From assembly GCA_963759035.1 (NCBI GenBank), contig CAVWXL010000020.1, positions 3,505 through 67,504 of the forward strand: a stretch of 64,000 nucleotides of DNA, given 5' to 3'. The stretch's first letter is position 1, and the number at the start of each line of letters is the position of its first letter. This document shows positions 27,857-37,751 of the stretch, one piece after another. Below the pieces are notes generated by a model, which did not search any database, was not told where the DNA came from, and was given only the letters and a program-made list of their open reading frames with translations. Origin of the DNA: an uncultured Gammaproteobacteria bacterium. Lineage in GTDB: Bacteria > Pseudomonadota > Gammaproteobacteria > Xanthomonadales > SZUA-36. A program made the translations under genes and the position numbers.

Positions 27857-29452
27857 CTATTGAAGCGCCTCGCACAGCGCCACGTTGTCCAGCACGATCC
27901 GCTGCAGCGGAATCATACCGGACAGGACCGGTGAATCGATCTGATAGGTGAGAATGGCGGCATTGCAGCTGCTCCACCTGATTGTCGCGGTGCCCATTTT
28001 TATAGCCGGACCAGCCACCGGGTCCGAGGCATCGAACACGCCTCCAGACGTGCTGTACAGATCCAGCGTAGCCGTGTCCCCTGCAAACGGACCCTGCAGG
28101 GTAAACCAGCGAGCGCCGGGATCACCGATAATCGCCATAACATCTTCGGGAGGGCGCTCAACATCAAAAGTAAACCAGGCCAGGAACATGACCCCGGCCT
28201 GCTCGAACACGGCTACCAACAAGCCCTGGCCATCGGTCGCCGGATCGAACCAGGCATCGTTCAACCCGGCATTGATCTGAAAGGCTTCCGGGACTACGTC
28301 ACCATCGCTCAGCAGGTAGACACCACCGGACGCACTGCCAACATAGACGCTCCCATCCTCGCCCAGTCCAAAGGTTGCAATTCTGAGCGTCGTATCAGCC
28401 AGCAACGTATTCAGCCAGTCATTCCCTGAACGGGATAAGCCCCAGATGCGGCCGGTGCAATAATCAGCAAACAGGTACATACCCTGCAAATTGGGATAGG
28501 CGTTGCCGCGATAGGTTTCGCCACCCGTGATCGAGCAGTTATTGTTTTCATGGTTATATCCCGAGACCGGCAGGACGAGCCCACTGGTATCACAGCCACC
28601 ATCAACACACTGCGATCCTTCCATGGTGCTCCAGCCGTAGTTCTCGCCACCGGTGGAACTGGCCGCTTGGTAATTGATTTCTTCGAACTCATTCTGTCCG
28701 ACATCTGCAATGAACAAGTCGCCAGTCGAGCGATCGAAACTGATTCGCCAGGGGTTTCGTAGCCCCAGAGCCCAAATTTCATCCCGAACCGCGCCATTAC
28801 CGACGAAAGGATTACCCGCAGGAATCGCATAGGTTCCATGCACCGGATCGACATCGATCCGTATGAGTTTGCCCAACAAAGTGCTGCCGTCCTGCCCACT
28901 GCCGTCCGGATCAAAGGAGCCACCACCGTCTCCCAGGCCAAGGTACAACATGCCATCGTGACCGAATTGCAGCCTTCCGCCATTATGATTAGTGCGCGGC
29001 TGGGCCACGTTCAGAACTTCCACTTTGCTTTGCATATCCGCAACATCCGGGTTGCCGCTCACCCGGAACCGGGCGAGCACAGAATCACCGCCAGCCCCGG
29101 TGTACCAAACGTAAAAGTATCCAGTGGCTGCATAATCAGGGGCAAACGCCAGGCTTAGCAAACCCTGTTCATTGCCCATCGACTCGACTTCATCGCGGAT
29201 GTCGAGAAAGGGCGCTTCGATGACCCCGTCATCATCAAGAATGTAAATTCGGCCACTTTGTTGAACCAGGAACAGCCTTCCGCTACCGTCTCCGGCGTTG
29301 GCAATATCGACTACATCGCTGAGGTCAGAGACCTGTGTTAATTGAAGCTGTATGTCATCAGCGACCACCGGTCCTGCGACCACACTTGAAATCAAAACAA
29401 AAACCACCGCTACCAGCCAGGCGCAGCAGGACGGGATAACAGATTTGGACAC
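27857..29452 (-). CDS. Secreted PQQ-dependent sugar (glucose/sorbosone) dehydrogenase-type beta-propeller with a C-terminal two-Cys module
   Basis: Signal peptide. Family motifs NHNGGRLQFGHDGMLYLGLGDGG and GLRNPWRISFD. The last 140 aa (27860..28279) carry the recurrent WFDP..DGQG...FTFD...C...C module. Confidence 0.85.
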   Translation of the reverse strand: MSKSVIPSCCAWLVAVVFVLISSVVAGPVVADDIQLQLTQVSDLSDVVDIANAGDGSGRLFLVQQSGRIYILDDDGVIEAPFLDIRDEVESMGNEQGLLSLAFAPDYAATGYFYVWYTGAGGDSVLARFRVSGNPDVADMQSKVEVLNVAQPRTNHNGGRLQFGHDGMLYLGLGDGGGSFDPDGSGQDGSTLLGKLIRIDVDPVHGTYAIPAGNPFVGNGAVRDEIWALGLRNPWRISFDRSTGDLFIADVGQNEFEEINYQAASSTGGENYGWSTMEGSQCVDGGCDTSGLVLPVSGYNHENNNCSITGGETYRGNAYPNLQGMYLFADYCTGRIWGLSRSGNDWLNTLLADTTLRIATFGLGEDGSVYVGSASGGVYLLSDGDVVPEAFQINAGLNDAWFDPATDGQGLLVAVFEQAGVMFLAWFTFDVERPPEDVMAIIGDPGARWFTLQGPFAGDTATLDLYSTSGGVFDASDPVAGPAIKMGTATIRWSSCNAAILTYQIDSPVLSGMIPLQRIVLDNVALCEALQ

Positions 29453-29589
29453 GGTTCAGGTCCTCTGGCGAAATTCTAACCACCAGAATAGACGTTCAAC
29501 CGCAGAAATGCGCATCTGCGTCATTTTGTCGTCCTGTGCCGGGGGATATTATTTCAGATATCAGCGATGAAGCAGATTTGTCCGTTGCC

Positions 29590-30396
29590 ATGGCCCAACA
29601 CGAACTATTCGACGCGCACTTCCATATCATCGACCCCAGGTTTCCACTGGTGCCGAACCGTGGCTATATCCCGGACCGGTATACGGTCCATGACTACCGC
29701 GAACGTCTCGAAGCGTACCCCCTTGCCGGCGGTGCTGTCGTCTCCGGGTCATTCCAGGCTTTTGACCAGGACTACCTGGTCGATGCGCTGTCACGCCTGG
29801 GGCGCGGATTCGTCGGTGTAACCCAATTGCCGATAAGCGTCCGTGACGAGGAAATCCAGGAACTCGACCGGGCGGGTATTCGTGCGGTGCGCTTCAACCT
29901 CAAACGTGGCGGCTCAGAAACCATCGAACATCTCGACCGGATGGCAAGAAGGGTGAATGAGCAGGCTGGCTGGCATGTGGAGCTCTATGCAGATGCCAAG
30001 GATCTGCCCGAATTGTTTTCCACCCTGGTGGCGCTTCCTGCAGTCAGCATTGATCACCTCGGGTTGTCTAAAGAAGGGTTTCCAACGCTGCTCGCTCTGG
30101 CCGAAAAGGGTGTTCGTGTGAAAGCCTCCGGCTTTGGACGGGTTGACTTTGATGTGCGCGCAGCCATCAGGCAACTGTATGCAGCCAACCCCGATTGCCT
30201 GATGTTTGGAACCGACCTGCCGTCGACACGGGCGGCCCGGCCCTATACCGACAGCGATTTTCAGTTAATCACAGAGGTACTTGGCAAGCAGGCTTCACGG
30301 CAAGTGCTGTATACCAACGCACTGGATTTCTACCGGATCAACCCCGGTTCATTGATCAATGCCCATGGTCGCAAGAACCATGCAGCGGGACGGTAA
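29590..30396 (+). CDS. Amidohydrolase-2 family metal-dependent TIM-barrel hydrolase
   Basis: N-terminal DAHFH metal-binding motif. Later IDHLG and FGTDLP segments are typical of the PF04909-type fold. ATG at 29590 preferred over the upstream GTG at 29536. Confidence 0.7.
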   Translation: MAQHELFDAHFHIIDPRFPLVPNRGYIPDRYTVHDYRERLEAYPLAGGAVVSGSFQAFDQDYLVDALSRLGRGFVGVTQLPISVRDEEIQELDRAGIRAVRFNLKRGGSETIEHLDRMARRVNEQAGWHVELYADAKDLPELFSTLVALPAVSIDHLGLSKEGFPTLLALAEKGVRVKASGFGRVDFDVRAAIRQLYAANPDCLMFGTDLPSTRAARPYTDSDFQLITEVLGKQASRQVLYTNALDFYRINPGSLINAHGRKNHAAGR

Positions 30397-32421
30397 CCGC
30401 CATTGTCCCGGATTGGGCTCGGCGGGCGGCACGTCGTTGCTGCAAAACCTCAGCACCCAGTCAGATGCCAGGCCGGATGGCAGCGTAAACGGCACCTCTT
30501 CGGATGAAGCGTTATAAAGTACCGCAATCGCATGGGTGACCGGCGAATAAGCATGCTGCTGCTCATGACAGGTGTAAAACAAAGCTACCTGCTGGCCCCT
30601 GGCCCAGTCGCTCTGGGCCATCGGCCGCCCATCGGGATGAAGCCAGGAAATGTCGCAATGACCCTGGTCCGTAGGCATCCTGCCGTGCACGTAACGCGCC
30701 TGGCGCAGCAACGGTAGCCGGCGTCGCAACTGCACCAGTTCGCGTACTTTGGCACTGAAGTCAGGATCCTCGTCCAGGCGCTGCCAGTCGAGCCAGCCAG
30801 TTTCGTTGTCCTGCGCGTAGGCGTTGTTGTTGCCGCCCTGGCTGTTGCCAAATTCATCGCCGGCGAGCAACATCGGCGTGCCCTGCGAAAACAACAACGT
30901 GGCCAGCATATTGAGCCGCTGCTGCCGGCGGACACGGTTGATTCCGGCGTCATCGGATTCGCCTTCTACACCATAGTTGCAACTGAAATTGTGTGCGTGG
31001 CCGTCGCGGTTATCTTCCAGGTTGGCCAGGTTGTGCCGTTGCTTGTAACGGACCAGGTCACGCAGGGTGAAACCGTCATGGCTGGTGATAAAGTTGACGC
31101 TGGCAAAAGGGTCACGCCCGCTACGCTCGAACAGGTCAGCAGATCCATGGATGCGCCGGGCGAATTCGCTGGCCTGTCCGGCATCTCCACGCCAGTAACG
31201 CCGGACGGTATCGCGGTAACGATCATTCCACTCCGCCCACTCTGTGGGAAATCTGCCCAGTTGATAGCCACCCGGACCCGGATCCCATGGCTCTGCGATC
31301 AACTTCGCCCGGTACAGTTCCGGCTCAATCCCTACCTGGGTCAACAGGGGGTGTTTGCGGGTGAATCCATGGCTGGAGCGGCCAAGTACGGTGGCCAGGT
31401 CAAACCGGAACCCGTCGACCCCCATTTCGCGGTGCCAGTAAACCAGGCTGTCCAGCACCAGTTTCTGAACCCGGGAGTGGTCCGCATTCAAGGTATTTCC
31501 GCAACCCGTATCGTTCACGTAACGGCCCGGGTCACCGGGTTCGTGGCTGTAATAAGCCTGGCTGTCAATGCCGCGAAAGCTCAGGGTCGGCCCATGCTCA
31601 CTGCCTTCGGCGGTATGGTTGTACGCAACATCCAGGATGACCTCCAACCCGGCGTCATGGATCGCATTCACCATCTCGCGAAATTCCTCAACCGGGTCAG
31701 CGACAGCAAAGCGCGAATCGGGAGTGAAGAACTGTATGGAGTTATAGCCCCACAGGTTACGCAGGCCTTTTTTGACGAGGAAGGCTTCATCGATGAGGGT
31801 GTGCACCGGCATGAGCTCGACGGAGGTAATTCCCAGTGCTTTCAGGTAGTTAACCACCTGTCCGTTACTCATACCACGGAACGTGCCTTTCTCTTCAGCA
31901 GACAATCCGGGGTGAGTCATCGTGAACCCCCGCACATTGGTCTCGTAGACGATGGTTTCCGCCCAGGGTATCCAGGGGCTGCGCACGCCACTTCTTCCCT
32001 GCGGGTGGTCTACCACGCCCAGTGGTATGAACGGCGCGCTGTCCAGCTCATTTTTGTGCCAGGTTTTGCCTTCCAGGTCGGGCACAAAATCGTATACCGC
32101 CGGATCCCACTTGAACGTCCCGTCCAGCCGCCGGGCGTAAGGGTCGATCAACAGCTTGGCCGGGTTGTAACGCAAGCCTTTGGCCGGAGCCCATGGGCCG
32201 TGCACACGGTAGCCGTATCGCTGGCCTGCTTCGCAGCCGGGCAGGAAACCGTGCCAGACTCCATCGGTCTGAAGCGGCAGGAAATGTCTTGCCGTTTCGT
32301 GCCGGTTTTCGTCATACAGACACAGCTCCACGGCTTCCGCGCCGCCCGAATACAACGCAAAGTTTACGCCGTCATCTTCCAGCCACGAGCCAAGCCGGTT
32401 GGGGGTTCCGTTTTCTATCAT
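30349..32421 (-). CDS. glgX: Glycogen debranching enzyme GlgX (GH13)
   Basis: N-terminus LGSWLEDDGVNFALYS. GH13 regions DVAYNHTAEG, GVDGFRFDLA, IAEPWD and FITSHDGFTLRD. The ATG at 32421 overlaps the malQ stop (ATGA). Confidence 0.9.
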   Translation of the reverse strand: MIENGTPNRLGSWLEDDGVNFALYSGGAEAVELCLYDENRHETARHFLPLQTDGVWHGFLPGCEAGQRYGYRVHGPWAPAKGLRYNPAKLLIDPYARRLDGTFKWDPAVYDFVPDLEGKTWHKNELDSAPFIPLGVVDHPQGRSGVRSPWIPWAETIVYETNVRGFTMTHPGLSAEEKGTFRGMSNGQVVNYLKALGITSVELMPVHTLIDEAFLVKKGLRNLWGYNSIQFFTPDSRFAVADPVEEFREMVNAIHDAGLEVILDVAYNHTAEGSEHGPTLSFRGIDSQAYYSHEPGDPGRYVNDTGCGNTLNADHSRVQKLVLDSLVYWHREMGVDGFRFDLATVLGRSSHGFTRKHPLLTQVGIEPELYRAKLIAEPWDPGPGGYQLGRFPTEWAEWNDRYRDTVRRYWRGDAGQASEFARRIHGSADLFERSGRDPFASVNFITSHDGFTLRDLVRYKQRHNLANLEDNRDGHAHNFSCNYGVEGESDDAGINRVRRQQRLNMLATLLFSQGTPMLLAGDEFGNSQGGNNNAYAQDNETGWLDWQRLDEDPDFSAKVRELVQLRRRLPLLRQARYVHGRMPTDQGHCDISWLHPDGRPMAQSDWARGQQVALFYTCHEQQHAYSPVTHAIAVLYNASSEEVPFTLPSGLASDWVLRFCSNDVPPAEPNPGQWRLPSRCMVLATMGIDQ

Positions 32422-33983
32422 GCAGTGGATTCTAGCGGCATTGACCGGGCACGTGAAGCTTCGGTTACCAGTGTACGAACCTGCTCCAGGAATTGAGGGC
32501 CGAGCTGGCTTGACTGAACCCGCCAGCGCCAATTGTCCAGGGTGGTTCCCGGGATGTTGAGTCTCGACTCCGACCCCAGGCCCAGGTAGTCCTGTAAAGG
32601 TGCGACCGCTAGTGCCGCGCGGCTGGAAAAGGCCAGCCGAATCATATCCAGGTGGATGGTCTCTGGCGTTCCACCGGTAACCTCAATAGCCATCGCCTGG
32701 GTGTCCTGGATCTCCTCCAGGGTTCGGGTGTCCTCTCCGGTACCGTTAAACCAGCCCAACGTTGTATCGTTGTCGTGGGTACCTGTGTAACACGCACTGT
32801 TGCGCGCGACCCCTTCAATGTCGAACTCCGGATCTCCCACTTCGAATTGCAAAACAACCATACCTGGCAGGTCGTGGTTGAGGCGTAGTTGATCCACCTC
32901 GGGTGTGATAACACCCAGGTCCTCAGCCACGATGGCGAGACTCCCCAGCGCTTCCTTGAGCGCTTCGAACAACGCATCGCCAGGACCCGGCACCCATTCA
33001 CCCTTGCGCGCAGTTTCGGCGCCATAGGGTACTGACCAGAACGACTCGAAACCACGAAAATGGTCAATCCTCACCAGGTCGTTGAGACTGGCGGCATGCC
33101 GCATGCGTTCGATCCACCAACGATAACCTGTGCGCTCATGGTATGCCCAGTCGTACAGTGGATTGCCCCACAACTGCCCGTCCTCACTGAAGTAGTCCGG
33201 CGGCACGCCGGCGATATGTGACGGCCATCCATCAGCGTCGATCAACAGCCTCTGGGGGTGCGCCCAGGCATCTGAACTGTCCAGCGCGATGTAAATCGGC
33301 ATATCGCCAAATAGCCTGATGCCTTTGCGGGCGGCGGCAGACCTGAGGTTTTTCCATTGGTTCCAGAACAGGAACTGGATGATTCGTGCGCACTCTATAT
33401 CGCCTCCCAATTCGTTCTTTACGCGCTCCAGCGCAGTCGGGTCGCGGTGCACAAACTTCTTTTCCCATTCGGGCCAGGGGCGTTCACCGTGGAGGGTTTT
33501 CAGAACCCGGAACAGGACATAGTCATCAAGCCAGTGCTCACCGTGCTGGTGCAGAAAATCTTTGTACTCCGGACGTAAAGGGTGACCGGGCTGTGCATGA
33601 AAATTCTGCGCCGCCTTCTTCAACACACCACGCTTGATGGGGATCAGTCGTCCATAGTCCACGTGGTCATCCGGCAGGCCACACAAACCATCCAGATCCC
33701 GTTCCTTGAGCAAACCGTCCCGAACCAGGGGTTTCAATCCGATCAGCATCGCGTTACCGGCAAAAGCCGACAGGGGCTGATAGGGTGAGTCGCCGTAGGC
33801 CGTCGGACCGGTCGGCAGGTATTGCCAAACGCCGATTTCCATTTCGACCAGTTTGTCCAGGAAAGACAGGGCGCTGTCTGCAATATCCCCGATCCCGTGC
33901 TCTCCCGGAAGGGAGCTGATGTGCAGGCCAATCCCGGCCTGGCGGCCCATTTTCATGATGTACGAGTCAATAGTGTTCTGCAT
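32418..33983 (-). CDS. malQ: 4-alpha-glucanotransferase (amylomaltase, GH77)
   Basis: 521 aa. GIGDIADSA..., SPYQPLSAFAGN, FGDMPIY, RIDHFRGF, IVAEDLG and YTGTHDNDT are canonical GH77 segments. Confidence 0.9.
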   Translation of the reverse strand: MQNTIDSYIMKMGRQAGIGLHISSLPGEHGIGDIADSALSFLDKLVEMEIGVWQYLPTGPTAYGDSPYQPLSAFAGNAMLIGLKPLVRDGLLKERDLDGLCGLPDDHVDYGRLIPIKRGVLKKAAQNFHAQPGHPLRPEYKDFLHQHGEHWLDDYVLFRVLKTLHGERPWPEWEKKFVHRDPTALERVKNELGGDIECARIIQFLFWNQWKNLRSAAARKGIRLFGDMPIYIALDSSDAWAHPQRLLIDADGWPSHIAGVPPDYFSEDGQLWGNPLYDWAYHERTGYRWWIERMRHAASLNDLVRIDHFRGFESFWSVPYGAETARKGEWVPGPGDALFEALKEALGSLAIVAEDLGVITPEVDQLRLNHDLPGMVVLQFEVGDPEFDIEGVARNSACYTGTHDNDTTLGWFNGTGEDTRTLEEIQDTQAMAIEVTGGTPETIHLDMIRLAFSSRAALAVAPLQDYLGLGSESRLNIPGTTLDNWRWRVQSSQLGPQFLEQVRTLVTEASRARSMPLESTA

Positions 33984-34060
33984 GCGTGACGTTATAACGC
34001 GGTACGGGTGACAAGAACAGCTTCTTTGCCGTTTTGGTGGCCAATGGTAAAGTGCCGTTG

Positions 34061-34450
34061 ATGCAAACCACTCTCGCGTTGGTCTACGTTGGTCTCGGCA
34101 GCATGTTCGGCGGCCTGAGCCGCTATGGCATGTCCCTGGCCACCCAGAACCTGTCAGCCTTCAGCCTGCCTTATGGAACCCTGGTGTCCAACGTGGCTGG
34201 TTGCCTGGTGGTTGGATTGATCGCGGGTTTCAGCGGCAAGAGTGAGCTGATGTCGACCGAGATGCGCCTGTTACTCGCAACCGGATTCTGCGGCGGCTTC
34301 ACGACCATGTCCTCATTTATCTACGAACTGGGGCAGTTTGTGCAGGACAAGGAGTACTTTTTTGCATCGTCATATTTCGTCGCCACGCTGGCCGGAGCCG
34401 GAATCGCCTTCGCGCTGGGCCTGCTGGTGGTCGAATTCATCATGAGGTGA
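34061..34450 (+). CDS. crcB: Fluoride channel CrcB/FluC
   Basis: About 129 aa from the ATG at 34061. Four TM helices with GGLSRYG and GFCGGFTTMSSF signatures. Confidence 0.9.
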   Translation: MQTTLALVYVGLGSMFGGLSRYGMSLATQNLSAFSLPYGTLVSNVAGCLVVGLIAGFSGKSELMSTEMRLLLATGFCGGFTTMSSFIYELGQFVQDKEYFFASSYFVATLAGAGIAFALGLLVVEFIMR

Positions 34451-34453
34451 CCC

Positions 34454-34807
34454 ATGGAAATTGCCGGACAAGCCGTATTGCTGAGAGTATTCATTGGCGA
34501 AAGTGACAAGGTCGGACACTTACCGCTGTATGAAGTCATCGTCAAGCAGGCCCGTGAAGCCGGGCTGGCCGGCGCCACTGTCCTGAAGGGCGTGCTGGGC
34601 TACGGCGCTACCGATCACATTCGCACCACCAAGATTCTCGATTTGTCAGCCGACCTGTCGATGGTGGTCGAAATTGTCGACAGCGAAGCCAAAATCGAGG
34701 CGTTCCAGCCCACCTTGTCTGGCCTGATTGAGCAGGCCAATTCCGGCGGACTGGTCACGCTGGAAAATATCCGCGTCATTCATTACATGCCGGAACGCTC
34801 GCCTTAG
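34454..34807 (+). CDS. DUF190 (PII-like) protein commonly paired with crcB
   Basis: 117 aa, starting 3 nt after crcB. LLRVFIGESDK...PLYEVIV...AGLAGATVLKGVLGYG is typical of DUF190. Confidence 0.8.
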   Translation: MEIAGQAVLLRVFIGESDKVGHLPLYEVIVKQAREAGLAGATVLKGVLGYGATDHIRTTKILDLSADLSMVVEIVDSEAKIEAFQPTLSGLIEQANSGGLVTLENIRVIHYMPERSP

Positions 34808-34896
34808 CCCTTCTGAAATTCTCTGACTTTTCTCCTATTCTGAAGAGACAAAGTCCATCGGGCCCGGAAAGCAAGTCACTTGTGAGGGAATTTCTT

Positions 34897-37718
34897 ATGC
34901 ACAGGCCGATAGTTTCAGTCGTATTATTTCTGCTTATTTCACTATCAAACCAACTGGTCGCTTCAGACCAGAACCGCGTTCCAAACCCCGAGTTCGAAGG
35001 AACCAACGGTGCAAAGCTGGGACAGACCACCGGAAGCGTCCCGGACTACTGGCGGGCCTTCGGGCTGGAAGGCGGCGAAGTTGCCATTGAGATCATCCCG
35101 TTGTCAGCCAATGCCCTGTACCCTGGCAGCCCCGCCACCAATGCCGTCAAGCTGACATTCGTATCATTTGGCGCCGCACAGGGTTTCGACCATGAGGGAA
35201 CACCGTTTAGTCTCGGTCCGGGACACAATTACAAAGCGACTGTGTATATGCGTTCCGCCAACGCCGGCGGAGAGACTCAGGGTGTCTCGGTCTCATTCCC
35301 CATATTCGACGAAAACGGGTTTACCGGCAGGTTCCCCGGATCGTTCAACGCAACGGTCACTTCTGAGTGGGCACAGTATTCCGGCCCCGAATTTATGGAG
35401 GTGGAGGGCACCGCTGCAGATCTCGCCTTCCGGTTGACCGATGACGGCGGGGATAACTCCATCCTGATCGCCATGCCGGTCGTAAACGGGCCTGCTTCAG
35501 AAACGCCTGCGGTCGACTATCCCCCAATTTATACCCCGGGCCGCGATTTTTCTGACACCGACCGGTTCGTATCCACGATGGTTTTTCATTGGTATACAAC
35601 GTTTTCGGGGCAGCTTGATGGGCCCTGGAAACCAGAAGAGGGTCGGGGCAACTGGACGGGTGAGGCCCCATGGTGGCGCGAACAGATCAAGGACATGATG
35701 GATGCCAACATCGACGTTCTCTATGTCCACCTGTTCAACGGTTTCGGCTACCAGCGCGAGCAATTTTTCAAAGCGCTGCATCAGCTTCGAAGCGAGGGTT
35801 ATAACACGCCTTACGTGCTGCCGTTTCTCGATCCACAGATCATCTGGAACGACGCCCCCGTCGATATGAGCACAGAGGCCGGTAAAGATGAGTACACCGA
35901 TTGGTACCGTCTATGGTTTGACCAGTATTTCCGCGAAGAGACGGGGGCCTTCGCAGAGAGCCGCCTGCTGCATATCAATGGAAAAATTGTTCTGAATACG
36001 TGGCACGGCAACCCGAATCGCACGCCAAATCTCTCTTCACTGTCACGGTCCGACCTCGAATCCCGGTTGGCGGACACATTCGGCGAACGTTACCCGAGCT
36101 TCTACAACGGCATCTACCAGATTGCCACAACCAACGGGATTTCGCCGACTTTTACGGATGAAATTGCCCATCAGTTCTCCAATACGGAATATTTCTCCAC
36201 CAATGAATTCAACGGCCGGAGACCGGCCACGATGAAGGCTGGATACTGGGACCAAAACATCCGTGTTCCGGGTTCATTCCTGGCACGCAACGGGGGTAGC
36301 CCCTACGCCATGGCATGGGACGAACTGATCAGCAAACGTAACGGGGGGGAGGGCAACAGCCGATCTACCATGCTTACATCGAATCCTGGAACGAGTATGA
36401 CGAAGGCACCGGCATTTACTCCACGAGCACAGCCCCGCCGTACATTGCCCCGGAAAACCAAAGTGGAAACAACGACACCTGGTCGACCGCCGATAACCCG
36501 CGTGAGTACATCGACAGCACTTTCGAGGGCGCGAAGGATTTCAATGACCATCCGGACCTGGACAGCCAGTTCCTTTGGCACGAATTCCCTCCCGGCCTGG
36601 CGCCGGGTGAAAGCGCAGAGGTTCAGGTATTGGTCCGCAATATGGGAGATATCAAGTGGTCGGACGCGGCCAGTATCAAGCTCGCCCTGACCGATTCAGC
36701 CGGCCAGGATTGGGGGTCCACGATGCAGGCCATTGAGCCCGGTCCAAATGAAGTTGAAAAGTACGGCGGCGTTTTCCGCGGCAGGCCTGTGCTGTTCAAG
36801 TTCACCCTTACCGCCCCGGCAACGCCGGGAGTATACCAACTCACCTACCGGATGATGCGTGATGAGGGTGGTGCAACGCCGTTTGGCGATGAATTGGTGG
36901 TCCAGGTTGCTGTTGGTACCGGCCAGGTGAGCAGCGGGCACAGTGGTGCGTTTTTCAATCCCCTGCGAAATGGCGAGGGCAGCTACGTTGAGATTCTGGA
37001 TGAGACGCGGGCTGTTGTTTACACGTTCACCTACCGCCCGGATGGTTCGGGACTTTCCTGGTTCTTCGGTGTCGGTGACATTGAGGACGGCTCGATTGCG
37101 ATCGGCGATCTTCTGCGGCCCACAGGCACCAGCTTTGGCGATGGTTTTGATACGAACGACATTACCTTTACCCCGGCAGGAACGATGTCCATGAGTTTTC
37201 TCGACTGCGATTCCACCACCAATGAGGGCAGCACGGTATTTTCCGGCGCAGCGGAAATCGGCTATGAATCACTGCTGACACGGGCCAGCCGGCTCAGCCA
37301 GATTACCGGTTGTGGATCAACACCCACCGGCAACGCCGGCTTGTCGGGTTCATTTTATGATCCGGCGCGCAATGGTGAGGGCCTGGTCATCCAGTGGCTG
37401 ACCAACGGTCAGGTACTGCTCATCATGTTCACCTATGACCTGGCGGGGAACCAGTTCTGGACCTTTGGCATCGGAACTCCGCAAGGTAAAAGCATCACCA
37501 TCGAGGCACGGTATGCTTCGGGAACCACATCGTGGGGCAGCGACTTCAATCCGGATGAAGTGGTGCTGACGCCCTGGGGAACGATTACGCTGAACTGGAC
37601 AAGCTGCGACTCGATCAGCTTTAGTTACGAATCGATCGTGGCAGGATTCGGCTCTGCCACGCGGGATTACACGCGCATCTCGACCCTGGCGGGAACAGAG
37701 TGCCCGGACTTCCCCTGA
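34897..37718 (+). pseudogene. Large secreted multidomain protein interrupted by a -1 frameshift in a poly-G tract. Domains: CBM-like N-terminus, glycoside-hydrolase-like TIM barrel, NBR1-type Ig domain, and a tandem two-Cys C-terminal module.
   Basis: Signal peptide MHRPIVSVVLFLLISLSNQLVA. Frame 1 makes sense up to ...ELISKRNGG. Sense then continues in another frame as QPIYHAYIESWNEYDEGTGIY...PGESAEVQVLVRNMGDIKW...YQLTYRMMRDEG..FGDEL (NBR1-like), followed by two module copies at 36930..37718. That second frame has a stop at 36339-36341, so the switch is confined to G7-A-G3 (36343-36353). Confidence 0.6.
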
Positions 37719-37751
37719 CCATCAATGCGAATGCATCGCGGGTTCTGATGC

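Noticed and set aside
33984-34060. Possible fluoride (crcB-motif) riboswitch upstream of crcB
   Set aside because: The 77-nt spacer contains GGUGGCCAAUGG...GCCGUUGAUGCAAACC. I could not fit this to the conserved GGnGAUGGnnUUCnCC ... GCUGAUGAUnCCUAC core or pseudoknot. A covariance-model search (Rfam RF01734) would be decisive.
36576-36590. TGGCACGAATTCCCT shares 12 nt with the sigma-54 promoter at 50175
   Set aside because: It lacks the -12 TGC element and lies inside a coding region. The match is probably coincidental.
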